Shown piece by piece: positions 44,098-52,088 of a stretch of 64,000 nt of DNA (position 1 is its first letter; every line of letters begins with the position of its first letter). The DNA comes from Candidatus Bathyarchaeota archaeon. Its GTDB lineage: Archaea; Thermoproteota; Bathyarchaeia; Bathyarchaeales; Bathycorpusculaceae. A program made the position numbers and the translations under genes. The notes under the pieces were generated by a model that did not search any database, had not been told where the DNA came from, and was given only the letters and a program-made list of their open reading frames with translations. The stretch is from positions 24,754 to 88,753 of the forward strand of contig CAVYXJ010000020.1 of the NCBI GenBank assembly GCA_963772455.1, read 5' to 3'.

Positions 44098-44131
44098 AAA
44101 ATATGAATTTGCAGTTCTGAAGTCTTATTAG
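44098..44131 (+). promoter_or_regulatory. ATGAAT-N5-GTTCTG dyad variant abutting TATA-like CTTATTAG of the TFB paralogue
   Basis: 19 of 25 nt identical to 47885-47909. Confidence 0.6.
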
Positions 44132-44175
44132 GTAACTACACTAACATTTGAGCAACAATAATTCCAAGCCATACA

Positions 44176-44970
44176 GTGAAGGAGAAGATTAGTGTGAAGT
44201 GCGGTAAATGCGATAGTGCAGTCATTTATCCTGAAGGCTTAAATGGCGAAATAATATGCGCCAAATGTGGACTAGTTATAGAGAGCACTTTTTCTCTAAA
44301 ACATTTCTCACAATGGACTCCTGAATGGTTTTCAAACTGGAATGAACAAGACTCTGAAACGCTCAAAGAATGGCTAACTACTTTAAGAGCAGTTTCATGT
44401 CAATTAAATATCCCAAATTTTCCCTACAGAGAAGAAGCTGCGCGTACAATAAGAACCCAAAATCACATTCTGTCTAAATCCCAGAAATTGTCAAAGAACA
44501 AAAGGGCAACAGTAGCAGCACTAATGCATCTTGTTCTTAAAGAATATGACAAAATAAGGCCAATAAAAGAAATTTCAAAAGAGCTCAGTCTTGATAACAA
44601 GTTAGTTTTGAAACAAGCTTGGATATTAAACAAAACAATTAACCAAGAAAGAAACGATGTTAAAATTCAACGAAAAACATCTATAGATTATTTGCACGAA
44701 AAAGGTGGAAAAATACCACTTAACAAAGAAATATTCTCTGCCGCTGAGAATACTTTATGGCAGGTTAAAGCATCAGGGGGAAATCCCATAGGAGTTGCAG
44801 CAGGAGCTCTCTATTTTGCGTGTAAGAAGAAAACGAAGATTTCTAAGAAAGAAATTGGGCAAGTATTCGGCATTTCCGAGAGAACGGTTTACACTAATGA
44901 AGTAAGAATTAGAAGATTAATGGCAAATAAAGTCAGACCAAAATTAACACCAATGATAATCTGTTCTTAG
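44176..44970 (+). CDS. Divergent transcription factor B (TFB/TFIIB) paralogue
   Basis: Zn ribbon CGKC...GEIICAKCGLVI, two cyclin-like repeats, GGNPIGVAAGALYFAC, HTH ISKKEIGQVFGISERTV. Confidence 0.85.
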   Translation: MKEKISVKCGKCDSAVIYPEGLNGEIICAKCGLVIESTFSLKHFSQWTPEWFSNWNEQDSETLKEWLTTLRAVSCQLNIPNFPYREEAARTIRTQNHILSKSQKLSKNKRATVAALMHLVLKEYDKIRPIKEISKELSLDNKLVLKQAWILNKTINQERNDVKIQRKTSIDYLHEKGGKIPLNKEIFSAAENTLWQVKASGGNPIGVAAGALYFACKKKTKISKKEIGQVFGISERTVYTNEVRIRRLMANKVRPKLTPMIICS

Positions 44971-45169
44971 AAAAACAGTATAGATTTCTTATATCACGAA
45001 TACCTAACGTCTCAATTCTTTCAAGTCACAAAAAACTCTCTTGGAAAAGTAACTGATTTAACACCACTTCAGTTGGACCTTTTCTTGACTTTCAAGTAGC
45101 CAACTTGATTTGCTAACTTAGTATATAAGCAAACTCTACTCAAATTAAACCATGGATGTCAGACTCTAA

Positions 45170-45568
45170 ATGACTATAGAAATCGAAGAACTCAAAAAGC
45201 GCCTCGACAAAATTGAGCAACAAAAAAATGAAGAAGTCTTGACATTAGTGGAAATATTAGCAAACATTTCTTTTTTTGGAGAACAAAAAAAGGCTCAATG
45301 TGAATATGCAAAAAATAGTCAATGCAGTTTCTTTTTTCTTCTGAATGAAGCAAAAGGAAAAATTCCAATTGCAACAAACTGCCGCATTAAAGATTGTAAA
45401 GAACCAGCATCACTTCATTGTCATTTAGAGTTGTCAAATATAACATGTTCTTTTTGCGAGAATTATAAAGGACAAAATTCAAATCAAAATGCCCGTTTTG
45501 GCAAAAAATCCCAAACTAATATTTATAAGAAGACCAAGAGGAAACAAGAATGTTTAAAAAAACAATGA
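45170..45568 (+). CDS. Hypothetical protein, N-terminal coiled coil plus Cys/His-rich domain
   Basis: C-x7-C, CRIKDC, HCH, CSFC. Confidence 0.65.
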   Translation: MTIEIEELKKRLDKIEQQKNEEVLTLVEILANISFFGEQKKAQCEYAKNSQCSFFFLLNEAKGKIPIATNCRIKDCKEPASLHCHLELSNITCSFCENYKGQNSNQNARFGKKSQTNIYKKTKRKQECLKKQ

Positions 45569-47718
45569 ACCTTGCGATAGCAATTTTAGTTTTGACGTTA
45601 GTCCTATTCGCATTCAATCAAAATATATACTTCCTTTGCATCTACAAGTGATCCATCTAGACTCTACATTTACGCTGGACCAATAAGCGTACTTGCAGAT
45701 AATAGTACATACAACTGCATTTTCGTTCAATTGCAAGATTCAATTGGACAACCAGCAAGAGCAATTGAAGACACAACTATAAGCCTTTCATCCTCTCTCA
45801 CAAACATAGGGACTGTGGACTCATCAATAACAATCTTAAAGGTACCACTTACTCTTCAGCAAACTTCAATACTACATTTAGCCCAGGAACAACAACAATT
45901 TCAGCTTCAGCAACAGGCTTCGCAACGGTACAAGCAACTATGACCACCATTGGTCCAATCCCCTCAGCCATAGCAGTCTACGGATTTCCATCTACTTTAC
46001 CTGCAGACGGGAATACATATGAAGCTATAATGCTCCAACTTCAGGATTCAAGCGGTAATCCAGCAAGAGCTCCTCAAGGAGGCGTACAAGTTACCTTATC
46101 ATGCTCAGATACTAGCATTGGCACAGTCTCACCAACAGCAACAATCCTCGAAGGCCAAACTTATACAACAGCTAATTTCACTACAACAACAAAAGCACAA
46201 ACAGAAGGAAGAACAGAATCAGCAATCATCACCGCAGTAGCACAAGGATACACCCCCAACCAACTCACAATTACAACAACTCCAGTCGCGACTAATCCAA
46301 CCCAACTTAAAATCTTTGTCGGACCCTCCAAGAGTTCCAGCTGATCAAAACTCATACACACAAATCGCAGTTGAACTTCAAAACTCGACTGGTTTTGTCG
46401 CAGTAAATCAAACAAATATATTGGTAACTCTAGCATCAAACGACCAAAGCGTATGCAAAATTGACTCAATAACGATTCCACAAATGCAAACTTACGCTTT
46501 AGCAACTCTCAATACCACCTACAAATCAGGCTCTGCAACCATAACTGCAGTAGCCACAGACCTTCTTTGGGATCATCAATCAATAAGCACTTTTGGATTT
46601 ATTCCATCAAAGTTAGGCATATATTGCGTTCCCATAAATCTACCAGCAGATAACAAAACTTACCAAGCAATCCAAGTACAACTACAAGATGCTCAGGGTC
46701 GACCAGCAAAAGACCCACAAGCAGATGTCAACATAAACCTCTTCTCGTCACAACCAACAATCGGTGTTGTTAGCTCAACTCTAACAATTCCTTTTGGACA
46801 AACACAAGCCACAGGAAACTTAACAGTAACAAACGCCCCAGGAACAACAGCAATTACTGCTCAAGCATCAGGCTACACCACAGGACAAACTTCGATAACA
46901 ACTGCTCCTCATTGATTACTCGCCTCTACAAATAACGCTAACAGCAAACCCAAACAGCGTCACCAATGCCTATACAACGTCAATAACAGCATACGTAACC
47001 GCTAACGGAGCACCCGTAACTGGGGCGACACTTAGTTTTGCATCGAATAACGGTGGAACATTCGGAACACAGCAGAACAGGGAAACGGCTACTATAACGT
47101 AAGCTTTACCGCCCCAAGTTTCTCTACAACAACCAGCTGCACCATTACTGCAAGCGGCTCAAAAACTGGATACTTGAGTGCACAAGGAACAACTCAGATA
47201 ACTGTTACACCAGGCCCAGCCCCCAACCCCAACTCCAACACCAATCCCCAACTGCAACTCCTACACCTACACAAACACCAATCGCAACTTTAGCAACTCT
47301 AACATTCAAAATAACAGATGAACAAGGAAACCCCCTCAACGATACACTCGTAACCTCAATAGTCCAACCAGCTGGAACGCAAACATTACTTGCAAATCTC
47401 AAACGCAACGGGCTATGTTTCATTCCAAAACGCTAACAGCGGGAAGTTACACCTTCAAAATAATTAAACAAGGATACCCAGAGACCAATGAAACCTTAGA
47501 TTATAATGGTCAACCATTGACACTTACAATTCCTTTAGCATCCAACACTGAAAGCAATCCAAACGCCAAACAACCTAATAGTTATTGTAGCTGTGATAAT
47601 TGTTGCAGTCGCGGTGGTAGCAGTCGTTTTCGTGCTTTTAGTAAAGCGTAGAAAGTCACCTAACGTAAAGAATCTTCAAGAACTAAAAAAACAAATGGAC
47701 AGCCAAAACAAATACTAA
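45550..47718 (+). CDS. Invasin/Big_1-like repeat surface protein with PT linker and C-terminal TM anchor, multiple frameshifts
   Basis: Four repeats of (L/V)PAD..(T/S)Y..I.(V/L)(Q/E)LQ(D/N)..G; signal peptide; C-terminal hydrophobic helix followed by KRRK. Confidence 0.75.
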
Positions 47719-47884
47719 TTTTTTTCTTTTTAACTTCTATATTTAAAAAAAATATTTTAGAGCTATTTGTTCAAATGATTATGAAAGTTATATAATAATA
47801 TTCTCAAAAATTTAATAAAAATTAGAGCTTTAGGAAAGAATTAAAACCTTTTAGAGGAAAAAATTTTTAGACAGCCCAAAATAC

Positions 47885-47920
47885 AAAATATGAATCTTGA
47901 ATTCATAAGCGTATTATATA
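47885..47920 (+). promoter_or_regulatory. Perfect dyad TATGAAT-N5-ATTCATA next to TATA-like TTATATA
   Basis: 47889-47907 is a perfect inverted repeat. Confidence 0.68.
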
Positions 47921-47951
47921 CTCAGCTTAATATTGAGTCCAATTAACTGGG

Positions 47952-48170
47952 ATGACTCAAATGAAAAAAACAAACAACACAGATAGAAAAGCGCTCATGA
48001 GCAAAATGGCTGAAGCATTAAACGATGAAATCAAAATGCTGCCAGTCGGAATGCAAGAAATTCTTTTAGATGATCTCGTCACAGCATTCCAAAATAGAGT
48101 TAAAGTTGTAAAACAAGTGTCAACAAACATGGAACATTATGTAGAGTTTGGAGTTTTGGTTACTCAATGA
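47952..48170 (+). CDS. Small helical hypothetical protein, translationally coupled to the wHTH gene
   Basis: ATGA overlap with the next gene. Confidence 0.65.
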   Translation: MTQMKKTNNTDRKALMSKMAEALNDEIKMLPVGMQEILLDDLVTAFQNRVKVVKQVSTNMEHYVEFGVLVTQ

Positions 48171-48458
48171 GACGCTCTAAACTTGAAATCTACATAGATA
48201 TCCTCAACGTATTAGCACTTAAAGGTCAACTAAAACTAACGCATATAATGTATAAATCAAACGTTAATTGCAAAGTTCTAAAAGAACAGTTAGAGTTCTT
48301 GATTAAGAACGGTTTAGTTGAAGAAAAAATGCTTAAGAAAAGAAAGAATTGTCTACTCCGCAACTTCAAAAGGCATTACAGTGTTGAAATACTTTAGAGA
48401 AATAGAACAAGTATTTCCAATGAAAGAAGAAGTTAGGCATCATCCACTTCTTTACTAA
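48167..48458 (+). CDS. Winged-helix transcription regulator (HTH_45/ArnR1-like wHTH); frameshift near 48335
   Basis: MRRSKLEIYIDIL...THIMYKSNVN...LIKNGLV; the shifted frame continues YSATSKGITVLKYF. Confidence 0.85.
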
Positions 48459-48547
48459 AACTTTCTTTTTTTTAATTTAAACCTCAAGAAAATATTTTTT
48501 TATTTTTGAAATTAATCCCTTTTCATGACCGAATGCAACATTGAATT

Positions 48548-48904
48548 CTATTCCCCTGGAATCTTCAGTTCGTTGTGTTGCAAAGTGTTTTTCCCAAATG
48601 TCTTACAGATTGCCCCAAGCGCCCCAGCAGTATAATCAAGCATAGCTTTTCCATCGGAGGTCAATTCATATATTTTTCTTGGTCTTTCACTATCCATATC
48701 CCAGAAAAACTTTAGGTATTTTTTCTTTTCCATTGTGTTTAGCAGGGGATATATTGTGCTTGCTCCAAAGCAGACTCCAAAGTTCTTTCGGATGGTTACC
48801 ATTAATTCGTAGCCGTGCATTGGATGGTCTTCGATGATTTGCAGTATTATTAGGTCGAGTAAGTTTTTTGTTAGTTTGTTTTGTATTTCTTTGTTGTTGG
48901 TCAT
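48548..48904 (-). CDS. PadR family transcription regulator
   Basis: HGYEL, STIYPLL..ME, RPRKIYELT.DG. Confidence 0.92.
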   Translation of the reverse strand: MTNNKEIQNKLTKNLLDLIILQIIEDHPMHGYELMVTIRKNFGVCFGASTIYPLLNTMEKKKYLKFFWDMDSERPRKIYELTSDGKAMLDYTAGALGAICKTFGKNTLQHNELKIPGE

Positions 48905-48941
48905 CTTTTTTCAGCTTCTGCATTTTTGTTCTACAAGTGTA

Positions 48942-48967
48942 CAATATGTCCACAATCAGACATATTG
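48942..48967. promoter_or_regulatory. Probable PadR operator CAATATGTC-N8-GACATATTG (contains ATGT-N10-ACAT)
   Basis: Perfect 9-bp inverted repeat between the TATA-like box (about 49000) and the padR start. Confidence 0.65.
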
Positions 48968-49684
48968 CTGCACAAGACAGAATATACAAGAAAGCCGATA
49001 TAAACCTTGATACATACCGCAAGCATACAAAACAAAAACAAAACAAACAATCTAAAGCAAAAACAACATAAAACAACACCCTTAAGCCAAAAAAACATGT
49101 AATAAAAGAAAAACAAAAAAGACCTAGCAATCAAAAAGGCAACTGTACAACAAACAAACACAAAATAATTAAACTAATCCCATTCTTAGACAAAAATATA
49201 GCAAACCCACTTGGCCTTACCAAAATAAACACTCGCCCAAAAATCTTAAAGGTAGAAGAAAGCAAATTTTTCACTCTTCTTCTTCTACACAAATACTTAT
49301 TTTTTTACCATAACCAATAATCGTAAGAACAACACACAATATTTTTCAAACATTGTTCTTCTTCTATTAAGAGAATTGCACTCTACTAAAAACAGAGCGA
49401 TGTTTCTATGAGCAATAGTGAAATAATTAAAAAAATCAAATCTTGACATTAAAAATGAAGTCGACCCTATCAGAATTGAAGGAGTCGGTTCCTTGGGCTT
49501 GTTTGGCTTAATGGGTCTCCTCAAATCCAAATATAAGATTAGTTACAACTTATTGTTGGTTCGAAATCTTAACGGTCGAATATTAATAAGATTAACTGCA
49601 TCTAATAGGCGATATAATTCAATGAGGAAAAGTTTCATTAAAGTTATTAATCTGCAGTTGTCTATAGAATTTAGAGGGTAATAA

Positions 49685-49942
49685 TTGGCTGCCGAAGTGA
49701 ATTTGGAAAAGGTCTATTCTGAAATGAAACGTGTCCGTTTGGAACTAAAGTCAATTGAAAATACACTCAATGATCTTGCAAATTCAATGCTTCCCTTGGA
49801 AAAAATGAGTTCAAAAGAGAAAAAGGAACTTCGAGCAATTGATAAAGAAATGGCACGAGGCGAATGCATTTCACTTGAAGAGGTTAAGGAGAAATTCGGG
49901 GAAAAAAAACGTGCCAAAATACCGCGTAATGATATCCAATAA
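49685..49942 (+). CDS. Putative antitoxin of a RelBE-type module
   Basis: Small protein ending GECISLEEV, overlapping the toxin gene. Confidence 0.7.
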   Translation: MAAEVNLEKVYSEMKRVRLELKSIENTLNDLANSMLPLEKMSSKEKKELRAIDKEMARGECISLEEVKEKFGEKKRAKIPRNDIQ

Positions 49943-50180
49943 AGCGTTAAAATTTTTAATTAATTTAGATGAGAAAACCAGAAAACGAGTCATTGTCGAT
50001 TTAGAAGGTTTAGCGTGTTACCCTTTTTGGGATGGATCTTTAGATATCGCAATTTTTGAGGGAGAGAAATATCAATATCGATTGCGAACAGGAAAATTAA
50101 GAACGATTTTCAAGATTGATCAAGCTGCAGAAACCATTTCTATCCAAAAAATAGGTTACAGAGAAAACATATACGAATAA
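49911..50180 (+). CDS. RelE/ParE family toxin
   Basis: Y.V.IS.KA.KFL, YRLRTGKLRTIF, IGYRENIY; GTG 49911 taken as start. Confidence 0.85.
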   Translation: MPKYRVMISNKALKFLINLDEKTRKRVIVDLEGLACYPFWDGSLDIAIFEGEKYQYRLRTGKLRTIFKIDQAAETISIQKIGYRENIYE

Positions 50181-50574
50181 TATTAATCCTCAGGTTAGAT
50201 TTTTTGAAATTTTGTAGATTGTGAAAAAAATGATTATTATTTTTTAATGAAATCTTTAAAGGTAGAAGATTGTTAAAGGAAGAAGATGTGCAAATTTTTC
50301 ACTCTTCTTCTTCTAACAAATACTTATTTTTTTACCACAAGACCTTTTTTTGCTACAACCCAAAAAAGAAGTTAATTTCACCTAAGAAATTCACTACGCA
50401 TAACAACTTCTCAGAGAAATAATAACACTAAGTTTTTTCATGAGAGAGAAGCAAAAAGTTGCTATTTACTTAACCGTAACTCCAAAAAGAAGAAGAGAAC
50501 TGAAAAAAAATTCTTCGTCGACTACTACCAGTTAACCTATTGCTTAATGAAGGCAATATTTCTGTACAGATGGT

Positions 50575-50611
50575 AGAACAACAACAGAACAAAAAAGGTT
50601 GTTGTTGTTCT
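50575..50611. repeat. Hairpin with 12-bp arms (AGAACAACAACA / TGTTGTTGTTCT)
   Basis: Perfect inverted repeat with a 13-nt loop. Confidence 0.65.
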
Positions 50612-50847
50612 TCTCTTCTTAAAATTGTTTTGAGGTTGATGCATTCGTTTCAGAACTGAAGTCATTGAAAACTACTATAACTACTCCCCATCAAGATTTG
50701 GAGGATTTATCAGCAGATTTTCTCACCATCCTGATTACACCCGATATTATGGGGCAATAGAGGAACATAGAAGAAATGCCAAATGTAAATGCAATTAAGA
50801 AAATCCGATGTTAAAGATTAAGGGGAATAACCAACTCAACTGCTCTT

Positions 50848-50962
50848 CACCACAGCCACCGCAATCACCACAGGTAATTCTAACTGCCAAAAAAATCTAA
50901 GCTCCGCTATTGAAAATATTTGCGATAAGAAAAAACCTGCGGTACCTGCGGTGGTTGCGGTG
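50848..50962. repeat. Two inverted arrays of three 9-bp iteron-like units around an AT-rich spacer
   Basis: CACCACAGC CACCGCAAT CACCACAGG ... CCTGCGGTA CCTGCGGTG GTTGCGGTG. Confidence 0.75.
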
Positions 50963-51013
50963 CCCCATAAACAAAAATAAAAAAAATAAAATTATTATAA
51001 TTCTACAAAGATT

Positions 51014-51780
51014 TTAGCGCAACTTGCTACGGATTTTCAATGAAGCAATTGATGAAGCAATTAATGAGACAAGAACGATAATTATTGCAGGATATTCTGG
51101 AATTGCAGTAAAGCTTGATTCAACAAGTGCTACATCAACTGAAATATCGGCGTTAACTTGCTCTGATCGAGTAACCATCTTGTAGGACATTTCCACAAGT
51201 GCACCAGTCTGTTTATCCCAATAGGTATCTTGTGTATTTGTTTGCTGAAGCGGTCCTTCGATGTTAAAGTCAGTTAGTTCTTCTTGGGTAACGTTGTATT
51301 CCATGATGATTGATTCATGGTTTACTTCTCTTGCCCCAGAGGAATAGGTTCGAGTTATAGTTTCATTGATTTTCTCATTATTACTTCCTTCTAAGATTTG
51401 ATCACCTGGATTTAGGTTTGAGGCAATTAGAAATGTTGTCATGTTTCCCTGACCAGTTGCAACATCGGTGACTCCAGTGCTAGATTGTTGAGTGCCATTT
51501 TTGAATTGCATAACCATTTGGGAAGTGACGCTTGAACCAGTGACATCAGTGATGGTTATTTGAAGCGAATCGATTGATTCAGCCAACTCCATTAATGAAT
51601 CAAATAAGGCTGGTAAAGCAAAATCTGTATTGGCAGTGCCTAGATTTAAAGAATATGTGTTTTGAAAGAATCGCCAACAGAAACGCCTGGAACACGAGTT
51701 TGGGCCAGAACGCTGCTTAACGATGATATACTAAGTAAGAATAGAATTGCGAGAGCTCCAATAATTTTTAGGTTTTTCAT
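51014..51780 (-). CDS. Secreted surface protein with PEF-CTERM-like sorting tail; frameshift near 51660
   Basis: Signal peptide then PGVSVGD; YWDKQTGALVE; IPEYP + TM + KIRSKLR. Confidence 0.72.
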
Positions 51781-52088
51781 ATATTTCATCTTTGCTAACT
51801 AAAAACTACCGTTTAGTACTTATGGTCTATTAATCAGTAATCAACAAAAACAACTTGGGAAAGAACCGCGGCTTCCAAGTTTTTAACACAATAAATGGAC
51901 CTTGTATCGAATCATGCATCCTCTTTTGATACGTTCATTGATTCTTTTTAGGTTAAATCCCAGTTTTATTAACTATATTTGTAGAATCTGCCTTTAATTC
52001 GAACCTAAGCGGTAACTTGTATTTCCGTAAATTATAATAGCGTACTTCAGCTCTTAATTGTATAGCAGCGTTTGTTTGGGCGACAAAA

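Larger units (their letters stand above)
49241..50337. repeat. Direct repeats of about 50-70 bp (49241-49310 and 50250-50337) flanking a TA module
   Basis: Core GCAAATTTTTCACTCTTCTTCTTCTA(C)ACAAATACTTATTTTTTTACCA plus upstream TAAAGGTAGAAGA in both copies. Confidence 0.85.

Noticed and set aside
48690-49161. Overlapping Phe/Cys-rich ORFs
   Set aside because: Products of a low-complexity A-rich strand-biased tract upstream of padR; a similar tract lies at about 54200-54350
49241-50962. CRISPR array
   Set aside because: Only two long repeats about 1 kb apart plus short iterons; no regular repeat-spacer period and no cas genes
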